In this document: piece after piece, positions 39,970 to 51,079 of the stretch
Position numbering within the stretch: the stretch's first letter is position 1
How the letters are laid out: every line of letters begins with the position of its first letter
DNA from: Takakia lepidozioides
Taxonomy: Eukaryota; Plantae; Bryophyta
NCBI GenBank assembly: GCA_030704615.1
Contig: CM060731.1
Span: 39,556,001-39,620,000, forward strand
Length of the DNA stretch: 64,000 nucleotides
Direction: 5' to 3'
The notes under the pieces: model-generated
The model's input: the letters and a program-made list of their open reading frames with translations, nothing else
Databases searched by the model: none
What the model was told of the DNA's origin: nothing
Translations under genes and position numbers: made by a program

Positions 39970-42433
39970 ATGCCTGTATTTACAGGATCTATGCTAGAGA
40001 GGGAAGCAGAAGAGACGATGGGACTAAGTGAGTTGGAAAAACGTGCAGCAGAGGAGAGGGTAGAGACAACAACTAATGAAAAGAATAATATGGAAAGGGG
40101 AGTACCCACAAAACTCCATCCTGGAAAAGCGGCAAAAATACGCCCCCCTCATTTTAGCTATCCGCCAACAAGGATGGCGCACTGGTCCCCTAACCGTCAT
40201 CACAGCAGGCACAAGAGGTGGCATTCACAACGCCAGCATCAATGACCTGCATAACAACTTTCAAATCCCTATCTCTCCTATCCACAAATGTGTTCAAGCC
40301 ATATACCTCACAGCCCTCCGCGCTCTCATAGCTATCATCACCAATAAACGTAAGCTTGAATCTAATCCTACAACAATACCCTAGATGCCCTCAGGGGGGC
40401 ACCCCCCCCCCCCCCCCCACAATGGCACCATACTGGCACACATCGCACACACATCTCTAGTGACTCGGTGTCCAACCGGACACCTTTTTTTTTATCATAG
40501 GGCCCGCCTCCGACAGGGGGCAGTAGCCGAAAGGTGAAGTGGCTCTTAGTTACGCCGGCTCTGGCCGGAGTCTTCTCTCTCTCTCTGGAAAGGGGAGAGT
40601 CGTCCGGAGATCACAAGGATCCAGCGACTGTGCCTCAACCCACATTTGATTTGGACGAGCTGTGTGAAGCCATGGGGGTGATTTCAAATTGCCCCCTGCT
40701 TATGAAGCTGTTGCTGAAACAAACTGAAGTTCCGGATACTACTCCATGGAAAACTAATCATGGGGAGCAAATGCATAAACAACAATACCCTGAGTACAAC
40801 TTAGGGGATGATTTTGAGTCCTTCTTGGAATTTTTTGAAATCAACACTGAAATGAATGGAGTTCCCCCACGGTTCCAAGTCAAGTCTTTTCGGATCTGTC
40901 TCAAGGGAGAGGCCAGGCAACTGTTTGAGTCCAATATTAAAGACAAACATGATCTTACTTGGGTAGAAGCCAGAGAATTGGCTCGCAAGCTCTTTCGTGA
41001 AGAAAAGCCCATAGCTTACACCGCACCAGACTTAAAATTTCATTATGGCGACAATGTGTGGAAATACTACACTGACTTGCGAACTGCAATCTGTAAGTCA
41101 GTTTTGATTGCCTCAGAGAGACCTGCTATTTTGAAACATTGTTTTGTAAAGGGCTTGCCCCCTGTTGAGAAAGTGTTTCTGCAAAATCAGACTTACACCA
41201 CTAAAGATGAGATGGTGGAATTGATTGAAGAAAGGTTACGTCTCAAAGCTACCAAGGCATGCCTGTCTAAAGTTGCCAACACAAAACACACTCATCTGGC
41301 TAGTGAGGGTCACTGTGTAGAGCCTACTGATGGGGACCTTGGGGTGAAAGGTATTGCAAAAGATCTGGTCCCTTCCTGTCATTTTTTCGTAATGAAATCC
41401 AGGGAGAGTTTCAAGCCTTCAAAACTGAGGTAGGCTGGAACTCTACAGTCACTGCCAAATCTAGGCCTCAAGGTAAGACTCTTTCTCGTGATTTCAAACT
41501 CATGCACCGTGACGCCTATAAGCGCATCAGTAGGGACCGGATCCACCCATTGATGTAAGAACCTCAAAACGCTGGTAAGTGTTATCCTCCAGTGGTCTGG
41601 TAAAACCCATGCTGCCACCCACTGAATGGAATGGTACTTGTCCAAGGACTGCAGGCTGCCCATGCATATGCTGGTCAAAATGCATGGGCCCCATTTGATT
41701 ATGCTCTATGGGGTGACGCCCCATCCCCATATGATGTCGCACAAGATGCTGCTGCTCATATGGCGGACCATGCAAGTCCAAGTGATGAGGCTGTCGTCCC
41801 ATGTGCTGGGTCTCCATATGCTGCTGCCCAGTGTGTGCCTGCTGACGTCCTGCCCCCATGTGCTGCTGCCTCAGGTGACGCTGCTACTCAAGATGTTGGT
41901 GGCCGACTTGCTGGTGATCCAAGCCAGGACGGTGCAACTGCTGCTGCTGCTGCACTGTCTGATGGAGGTCCAAATCGGGACGCCCCATGTGGAGCACAAG
42001 GTGGTTGTGGTGTTGGTCCACCTCCCGCTGCTGAATTTGGTGCTGTTCCATATGCTGCATATGCTGTGTTTCCATCTCCCCATGCATCCCACTTGTTTGC
42101 CCCACATCATCCTGCAATCCAGGTACTGATGTCCCAGCCAGAGGGCTCCCCTACTCACTACTTCCCTGGGGAAGCTGGAGAGAGAGGTCAGGCAGGCCTG
42201 TTACTGGTTGGCAGCAGTCGCCCGAAACACCTGGCATCTCCTGCTCCTGGGGCTGCAGACCTTGGACACTGGGTACTGCTTGGTGGGGGTGGCAAGCCAT
42301 GTTGGACAGCCCTCCGTGTTGACCATGAGGGTGCACCGCAACATCAGACGTGATAATGCTTTGCTGCTCAGTATGCAAAGAAGACTCGGACCTGTGGCTG
42401 GGTGAGTGGGCTGAAATGTCGGGCCCTGTTCAA
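39970..42433 (+). pseudogene. Gypsy element C gag plus Ala-rich linker, split by a LINE and cut by an inversion
   Basis: NNMERG joins ESSGDH in frame after removing the 40103-40597 insertion; capsid-like PEY..GDDFESFLEFFE...LKGEARQLF..LTW..FVKGLPP. Confidence 0.75.
40103..40585 (+). mobile_element. 5'-truncated LINE with a restriction-like endonuclease (RLE)-type C-terminus and (CT)n tail
   Basis: KRQKYAPLILAIRQQGWRTGPLTVITAGTRGGIH; 12-bp TSD TGGAAAGGGGAG at 40091-40102 and 40586-40597. Confidence 0.8.
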
Positions 42434-44040
42434 GATGGTGCCAGGATGGCATGCATCTGCCTTTTTGTGCATCCTAGCAATGGGAGCTCAAGCTGGTCCA
42501 TCCCATAGCATTGGTCATGTAGATGGTGTGCATGACGATCCGGAGATCAATGAGAAGCTTGGTGGTGCTAAGGATGTGCATGAAGATGCAGTAGTATTGG
42601 CCTACCTTCGTACTAGAGAGACAGCAGTCAGTGTGACTGCTAAGGAGAGAGATCGGATCCTACAACGAGCCAAGAGGTTCAAGTGGGAGGGGACTCACCT
42701 ACTCCGAGTATGGGAGGATGGACGAGTGAGGATTGTGCCTCATCCAACACAACAAGCGCGATTGGTACGCCATGCCCATGAGGAGTTGGGACATTTTTGG
42801 GTGCGGCGCACTCATAGTTTGCTGCAAGGACAATACTGGTGGCGGGGCATGCACACGGATGTGCAACAGTTAGTGGCAAGGTGCATGGTGTGTGGTAGAG
42901 TGCGAGCTTCTTTCAATGCACCTACTCCACAATTGCATCCTTTACCCATTATGGGTTTGGGCTATCGTTGGATTCTTGACTTCGCAGACCCATTGTCACT
43001 AACGATTCGCCAAAACAAGTATGTGCTGGTGATGGTGGAACATTTCTCCAAGTAGATTGAACTGGTGGCATTGCCTGACAAGGCAAGTGAGGGGGCTGCG
43101 TATGCATTCTTAGATCGAGTGCTTAGCCAATTTGGTGCTCCAGCCGAGGTACTCACGGACCAGGGGAGAGAGTTATTTGGGGAGTTTTAGGCTTTGTGTG
43201 AGCAAGCCTTGATAGATCACCGCATTACTTCTCGAGATGATTACTTCTCGGGATCATCCCAAGGCTGATGGCCTGGCAGAGAGGGTTGTACAAATAGTCA
43301 AGCGAGGCTTGTGCAAGTATGGCTTGCAGAAGGGACACTTAGGAGATTGGGACCTTCAGCTACCTTGGTTGGCCATGGGCTACAAGTTTAGCAAACAAGC
43401 ATCACTTGCCTCGTTCTCGCCTTATTTCCTTCTCTTTGGACGAGAGTCAGATTTGCCTGCATCTATTCACAGGGAGACTGCAGTAGTTCTCAACCTTGAT
43501 GATCCGGATGTGTGGACACAAACATGTGCCCAGCGGGCAGAGTTGTTCAAGAGAGTCATGCCTATGGCTTTTGAGAACATTGTTATTGCCCAACACTGAG
43601 ACACATTGAGGTACGCCACTATACGTGGAGGGGGATATCGGCCAGGTGTTCGGCGTTTCCACCCTGAGGACTATGTGTATCTGCAGCAGACAACGCCTAC
43701 GACTTTGGATGTCACAGCAGGGCGTGTGATTTTAAGGGTCCGGGAGGTGTTGCCTTCAGGAGTGTTGATTCTGGAGGGTCGAGATGACATGGTATGGAAG
43801 AACCATGTGCGCAATTGTGCGCCGTGTCACCTTCCATATGTGGATGGGAGGATAGATCCCAACCTTGCAGTGGTACCTGCAGGGTTGCGTTGCATGCTAT
43901 GTGGGCATGCTGGTGGTACCGCGACCATGTTGGTGTGTGACAAATGCTCAAGGGGGTGGCACATGGGATGCTTGACACCGCCACTTGAGGAGGTTCCTAG
44001 TGGAGAATGGTTGTGTCCACGATACCTTGGACATAGGTAG
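42434..44040 (+). pseudogene. Gypsy element A integrase with a C-terminal PHD finger (inverted segment)
   Basis: HAHEELGH...CMVC zinc motif; LDF, TDQG, DGLAER core; CMLC...VCDKC.RGWHMGCL.PPL..VP.GEWLCPRY at 43891-44025. Confidence 0.93.
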
Positions 44041-44282
44041 TGGGCATGACAATGGTGGAATTGACAAGTGATCCAAGCTCTAGCTGATGGGAGCTCAACG
44101 CCATGGATACTTAATTGAAGATCATGGATTGCAGGAAGGCGAGTAACGATGGGGCTACTTTTGCACCCGGCCTCTTGATCTATTGACCTTAGATACTGGG
44201 ACATGTGCGATTAAAGACCAAACGATGATTTTATTGAGATGGATACTTGTCAGCTATCCGGTGTTAGAGGGACCTAATCACC

Positions 44283-44297
44283 AGCTAGGGGGGCGAT
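44283..44297 (+). other. Polypurine tract of element A
   Basis: AGCTAGGGGGGCGAT immediately before the TG LTR start. Confidence 0.75.
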
Positions 44298-44829
44298 TGT
44301 GGCATAGCTTTCTAGGATTGTGTGCTTAGAATGTATAGTGGACAGCGATGTATGTTGTGGCACAATGCTTAGGTGCACGACAGCTGTCATGGTTTTAGTC
44401 ATGGTTAACTAGAATTACCTGCTTCTAGTTAACTAGGACATTTTGGATATTTATATTTGTATTTTGTGTGTTGGGACTTCATTTGGTCTCACATGCCAAG
44501 TGAGGTGTCAAACCTCACTTGGGACATGGGGATGGGTTTTCCCCTTGTGAGTGTTGAGGAGGGCTCATCTTCTTGTAGTTGAGCCTCCATGAGCCTCTCC
44601 CACCTCCATAGCTCTAGGTATTGAGAGGGAGTGTGGTGAGGGCTTTGTAGGGTGGATTCCTTTAGCAAAGGTGCCCTTGGCTTGACTTAGTTTATGAGAT
44701 TGAGTGGATTCATGAGTGGAGTGTTTCCATTGTGTGTTCACTTCCATTATCATTGTGGCATAGCTTTCTAGGATTGTGTGCTTGGTGGACAACGATGTAT
44801 GTTGTGGCACGATGCTTAGGTGCACGACA
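44298..44829 (+). mobile_element. 3' LTR of element A (44298-44752 = X+B) followed by a second copy of the LTR start (X', 44754-44829)
   Basis: TG...CA; part B (44385-44752) matches 61078-61446 inverted; X' repeats 44298-44382 with a 10-bp deletion; followed by ATGC. Confidence 0.85.
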
Positions 44830-45400
44830 ATGCCATATAGCAGACCAAAGGGGAGAGTCCGTAGTTTTGCATTGGAAACCCTAAGCTATCCATCGCTAAA
44901 GAAGGCTGCCATTGTGCTTGTTTGAAAGGGGAGGACGTGGTGATATTGTCAAAGACAATGAATTTCCACCATCAGTCCTTAGGGCTCATGAAGCGGGGGG
45001 CCCATTTTCAGATCAAAACTGTAATTTGAGTTTCTGGATCTAACATACCAAGAACGTCTATTTTTTTTGGAGACATAGATATTAGATTCTGTTTCTGGGA
45101 AACATGCGGCGTTTTATTCTAATTTGAGCATTCAGCTCTCCGTTTGAAATTACAAAGAAGACGTTTGACTTCTTCGATCCAGTATGAATTAGATGTCTTG
45201 AATGGAAAAGAAAACCACATTATACTAGCCGAAAGAATCTAATTGGCAACCAGTGCCTTGCCAGTAATAGATAGATGTTTTGATTCCCACAAGACTAATA
45301 TTTTCTTAAGTTTGATGAGTGTTGGGGGCGAATGATATCTGCTGATCAGACACACCCCAAATGTATATCGTAAGAAAGATGTATGGAGTTCATATTGTGT
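44830..45400 (-). mobile_element. Degenerate L1 LINE fragment (post-RT region)
   Basis: LWESKHLSITGKALVAN, an L1-type W..K.LS..GK motif; runs up to the element A terminus. Confidence 0.65.
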
Positions 45401-46351
45401 ATGTGAGAGATAGAGCGAGATGGTTTGCTTGGGTGTCATCTTTTATGAGAGAGTGTGACAACCCTGATTGCAGAGCAATTGGAGGGATGCGATTGAACAT
45501 TGCAATATTGGAAATTTATATGTCAATGGATTGAATGGAATTGTTTGAATTATCAAGGTCGACCTAGATGCAAGAATGACTTACACATCAACATCATCAA
45601 AACTCATTATCACTAAATTTTTGTCTTCATTGTCTACATTTTTATCTCCCTTAGATGAAAACCAATGAGAGCTTCATCACTACGTAAGGTTCAATACAAT
45701 GAAGCAAATCTTTTCTTGTGACTTCTATGGCTCTCAAGGTTGGTTTGGTTGTTTTACCTTTATTGATAAATAATTTAGTTTAGAGCTTGTTGTTTTATCA
45801 TGTTGTGGCCAATATGGCGTTGTTTCTTAGTTGAATTGGTTTCTATGGATGGATTTTCCTATGTCTATTTTTAGTAATCATGTGTTGCGTCTTATATACG
45901 TATATGGTTTGGTTTCATTTTTGTAGGATCTTCACTGATCCATTCGATGTTGTGCACCAACATGAGTTATACTTTAGATATGATGAGAAACACAGATGTG
46001 TAAAGGTTAATGTGTGAGATATTAGTAGTGTATATCATGGTCTCTAGTTTTGAGTTTTATGAACCCACAATAAACAACAATCACAAAGCTCTCGAGTATC
46101 ACATTCTTATGGAATTGATCTTAGCTTACAAATTTATTGTAATATTAGATGAACTAACATTAGAATCAGTACGTGGTGATGTACCATAATGTGTGTTTGC
46201 ATTTCCTTCATAAAAACATGGAACTGGCCGTAATATGACAATTTTTAATAGAATGCAGCCATTCATTCACCATAGGTTTCATATGGGGAAATTGTAACAA
46301 TGGCTTACATCTTTTTGACATTGATGCCAAAAAGAGGAGCCAATAAAATAA

Positions 46352-47040
46352 AGCTTCTCATTGAAAGATAATAGCGTCTTCAATGCGCACTCGTGTGCCT
46401 GTGGCGGGGCCTGGGGTGGTGAAGGCTGGGACGCCCCTTATACCCGTCGGAGGGTCTACTGCTTGGTCTGCCGGGCAAGCAGATCTGCTGTTGAGTCTAC
46501 CGGGCAAGCAGGTCTGCTGCGGTAGGTCCCAACCAAGAGGGGACCTGCCTACAGACTCTGGTAATGCACATAAAACATTAGTTATTTCCAAGGTTTGCAA
46601 AAAGTAGCGGGTAGTGTGGTGATTAAGAGCACTGAATATTGAGCATGAGGTTTAGTGTTCAGTTCTTGTCAGGTGGTAATGCGTGTTATTAAGTATATCC
46701 TTTGTATATTGGTTCTTTCTGAAATTTTCCTAAGTCCTTGTTCTTCTACGGCGGCGGACCTTCTAGCAGACTCTACAAGTGGACTCACCTTCCAGCGGAC
46801 TGGGCAGACCATCCAGCGGACTCACAATCCACTCTGCACGTAGAGTGGACCCTCCAGCGGACTTTGGGTCCCGTACTGGACTCTGGAGAGTTAGTGGACC
46901 CTCCAGTAGACTCTGCAGAACAGACTAAACTATCCAATGGACCCTCCGGCGGACCATGTGGATGGGCGCTGGGCTTATGAGCTGACGTACTGGCGAGCCC
47001 ATAGGCGCATTGGAGATGCTATTATCTTAAAATGAGAGCT
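46352..47040. mobile_element. PIF/Harbinger (Tourist-like) MITE
   Basis: Imperfect TIRs of about 37 bp containing AAGATAATAGC(G/A)TCT(T/C)CAATGCGC; TAA on both flanks; internal CCAGCGGAC repeats. Confidence 0.72.
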
Positions 47041-47171
47041 TAAAATCATCTTTGTTAAACCATTGTCTCAGTTTAGTAAGAACTTATCCAAATGGTGTAA
47101 CCTTTTGACTGGGCCTTCAAGTGAAATTCTGACACCTACAAATGAAAGTGTTTTCAAAAAAAAAAAACACA

Positions 47172-48078
47172 CATCAACCCATAATTTCCCAAGCAGTAGT
47201 TGTCTTAATGGGAATGTTTCTAGCAACTGAAGATGCTATCAGATTGGGATGACTTCCAAATACGGGCTCTCTCTTAGCCAGCCTCTCCCTAAAAACAAAA
47301 TGTTTGACGTGGGCAATTTCCACCAATGATCATTTACCATACATACAGAATCATATAAATATAAAACATATGATTACCATACAAATAAAAAATATTAAAA
47401 AAATAATTTACATCAGCCCATAATCTCCAAAGCTGGTAGCCGCCTTAAGGGGAGAAAATGGTGGCATCTAAAGATGTTGTCAAATTGGGACGTTGACTTC
47501 CTAACAAAAATTGCAGATTCCCTCTCAACCAGCCTCTCCCTAAAAAACAAAATGTTTGACATGGGCAATTTCCACCAACGATCGTTTACCATACATACAA
47601 AATCATGTAAATATAAATCATAGGATTATCATACAAATAAAATGTTCTAAAAAAAAGTCAATTTACATCAGCCCATAATCTCCATAATCTCCAAAGTCGG
47701 TAGCCGCCTGATGGGGAGAAAATTGTAGCATCTGAAGATGCTGTCAAATTGGGATGACTTCCAAACAAAAATTGTGGATTCCCTCTCAGCCAGCCTCTCC
47801 CTAAAAAACAAATGTTTGACGTGGGTAATTTCCACCAACGATCATTTACCATACATACAAAATCATACAAATATAAATCACATGATTATCATACAAATAA
47901 AATGTAAAAAAAAAGTCAAATTACATCAGCCCATAATCTCCAAAGCTGGTAGCCGCCTTGAGGGGAATATTTGTTGTCGGATTGGGATGACTTTCAAATA
48001 AAAATTGCGGATTACGTCTCATCCTCTCCCTAAAAAAGCAAAATGTAGGACGTGGGAAATTTCCGCCCATGATCATTT
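47172..48078. repeat. Tandem repeat, unit about 240-258 bp, about 3.6 copies
   Basis: Units start CATCA(G/A)CCCATAAT at about 47173, 47411, 47666 and 47924. Confidence 0.92.
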
Positions 48079-48373
48079 ACTTTTTTCGCTGGGACTATAA
48101 AAATATATATGTATATATATTGACTGGACATAGGGAAGGGAAAATGCTGCTGGAGCCCCACTTGAACTCCTCCTAATCAATGCTTCACTCAGACCCCACA
48201 AATTGCAAGTAAATTTCTCAATACTAAAAACTTTTGGATATTGTAGGGCATTAGCACGGTACCCACACATCTACCGATTTGGAAGACAATAGGAATAATG
48301 TAAGAACTTAATGGGCGCATGTGATCTGAGAGTACTTTCGCCGGATTCCGCGAGTGGGTTGCAAGCTGTGGTG

Positions 48374-48467
48374 GGTAGCGTGATGGTAAGGTGATAGCAA
48401 TGGAGGCGGTGAGGTTCCAGGTTCAATTCTTGATGGTAGGCTCTAGCAGTGCAACCCCGGTTGATGC
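48374..48467 (+). mobile_element. tRNA-like SINE head truncated at an inversion breakpoint
   Basis: A-box-like TAGCGTGATGG and B-box-like GGTTCAATTC. Confidence 0.4.
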
Positions 48468-49176
48468 TAAAACCCTAGAAGCAACCAGACAGTTCTTTTG
48501 GAGGGTAAGTTTTTTCTAGCCTTCAACCTCAAGGAAATGACATGTAGGGCAAGCAAAAGCTAAGCCTGTAGGTACTATGCGCTGAGAAAAAGCAGGGATA
48601 CTGAAGTCAACTGGAGAACGTAGCAACATGGTATTCTTTGCCACAGGCACGGGAGGTCTAGACTTCTTACCTGGTGGAGGGAAATGCCATTGGTACAAAT
48701 TATCACCAAGTGGTTGGAACTTGCTGAATCTGGCCCAATTATAATGCAAACCCACTTGCTCCTTCATCTGCTTAGCTTGAAGCTTGAGACGAGAATAGTT
48801 GGCCATAGAGGTCCCAGCGGCAATAGTAACACGGCTTAGACTCACCTTGTAAGGTTGCCCCTCACCATTGTGAAGGCACATCAGATTGTTCACGATGTCA
48901 ATGCTGGCCTCTACACCCTTCATCCAATCCAGTCCTAGCAAAATTTGTTCACCCATGGTGACAATGCAAGTCAGCAAGACAGTTTTCCCACTAATGCGGA
49001 TAGACAAGGTGACCAACCCTATGGGTTTATATGCCGTGCCATCAGCTATGGTAACCTCAAGGCCACGAGCAGGGCTAATCTTTAATCCAAGAATGCGAAT
49101 TGTACTAAGTGGAATGGCAGACATGGTACATCCAGTATCAATAACACATTGAAAGGAAAGGTGGCCCACATGACAT
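48468..49176 (-). pseudogene. Gypsy element C protease plus dUTPase N-terminal half
   Basis: CVIDTG...ILLGLDWM; LRSPVDFSIPAFSQRIVPTGLAFACP...LVASRVL. Confidence 0.85.
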
Positions 49177-50600
49177 CCATGCCACCGAACTCCAGTATCA
49201 TCATGTTCGCTCGTGCATGGATTACGACTCAATCCATCTGCATCCTGATTGACAATACCGGCTCGATGCACCACCTGAAAGTCGTATTCTTGAAGCATAA
49301 GTGTCCACCGTGCAAGCTTCCCTGTAAGCTTGTCTGACTCCATCAACCACTTCAATGGTTGGTGATCCATGACAAGGGTGAAGAGATTGCCATAGAGGTA
49401 GCATCTGAAATGTGCCACTGCCCATATCGCAGCTAGACACTCCCCTTCATCGGAACTATACTCCGCCTCGGCATCATTGTTTGAGTGGCTAGCATATGCC
49501 ATTACGAACTCTCTTCCCTCATCATCCATCTGTGTGAGCACTGCTCCAATCCCCAGCATACTCCAATCCGTATGTAGCTGGAAAGGCCGCCCCCGAATAG
49601 GCCGCCTCAGAATAGGTGCAGAAGTCAATCGAGCCTTGAGTTCCTCAAAGGCTTCATCCTGCTCCTCCTCCCACTGCCACTCCTGACCCACCTTGGTCAA
49701 CTTAGTAAGAGCCTTTGCAATGCTGCTAAATCCCTTGACAAACCGTCGATAGTAGTTTGCCAACCCCATGAAAGCACGAACTCTGCTAACATCTATGGGG
49801 CATGGAATGCGTGCAATAGCCTCCACCTTCATCTTTTGAATACCCAATCCTCCAAGGTATATCATGTGGCCCAGATACTCAATCTGGTTGTGGAAGAATT
49901 TGCACTTCTTAGGGTGCGATTTCAACCCATGCGCTCTCAAATGCTCAAACACCACCTGAAGGTGTCTCTCATGCTCCTCAACAGTAGCACTAAAGACGAT
50001 GTTGTCATCAATGTAACACCGGGCAAAGTCTAGTCCCGCGAGAATCCTATCCATAACCCTCTAAAACTCTGCAGGAGCATTCTTCAACCCAAACGGTAGG
50101 AAGCGCCATTGGTACAAGCAATCCTTCCCATGTTGGTCAATCCCCCATAATGCCGTCATTTGCTTGTCAGCCTCTTTGATTAGCAACTGGTGGTAACCGG
50201 ATCGCAAGTCCAATGTGCTGAACACCTTCGCATGCCCAATGGCATCAAAGATTTCTTTTGGAGTTGGCATGGCATGGCATATCTATCGGACTTAGTCTGA
50301 CGGTTCACAGGACGATAGTCCCCACACATCCTTCTTTCTGTCCAATTTCCATAGATATCTTTCTTAGCTGGCATCACCGTTGCTGAGGCATACTCCCCGC
50401 CTGACAACTCCACCAATCCAGCTTCGAACAACTCCATAGTCCGTGACTGGATCAATGACCTCTCCATGTCACTATACCGGTAAGGCCTTCGAAAGATTGG
50501 CGTGTCACTTGCCAAATCAATATGAATCTCCTGGCCCTTCAAACTCCCCAAATCCTTCAAACCAAAGGCAAAGCAATTTCTATAAGCCCTTAGAAATCGT
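49177..50600 (-). pseudogene. Element A reverse transcriptase and RNase H
   Basis: RMCGDYRPVN, LDLRSGYHQ, LPFGLKNAPAEF, CYIDD, YLGH, LHTDWS, DHQPLKWL, DADGLSR. Confidence 0.96.
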
Positions 50601-51079
50601 TGGATCCTCCATCTCTCTCCTCCGGTGACTGTAGGTCCAACATCTGGTTCCCAATTATCCTCAGTGACTGCAACCTTGGGTACACTAGGCTTGGAGGTAG
50701 GAGACGAATCCTTTGGTTGCTAGATAGCAACCTCTTGGGCCTTGTCCGCCCAATCTGACTGTGGCGTAGCCACCACTTGCTCCGCCATTGCCACCTTGAG
50801 AACATCATCTGAGCAAGAAACATTCTCAACCTCTTCAAAAACCTTGGCTACCTTGGCCTCCAACTGATTCTCAGTCCATGGCTCTCCCCACTCCTCTTAC
50901 TGCTGCTTGAGAGATCTAATGACTCTCTCTTTGCGCATCTCATCCCACATCTGCCATGGGTGTTTGCAACCCACGATCCTGTGCTCGCCCCCGCTCACTG
51001 CCTCCACCATCCCGGTTGGCAGAGATGGTGCAATATCCAATGGAAGTGCAGAAGTAGCCACCAATGCTTGCAATCTCCA

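Noticed and set aside
41527-42158. His/Gln-rich minus-strand ORFs
   Set aside because: Most likely antisense shadows of the Ala-rich, low-complexity gag linker of element C
48516-50054. 512-aa ORF with the novel order RT-RNaseH-protease-dUTPase
   Set aside because: It is an in-frame chimera of elements A and C created at the 49176/49177 inversion breakpoint
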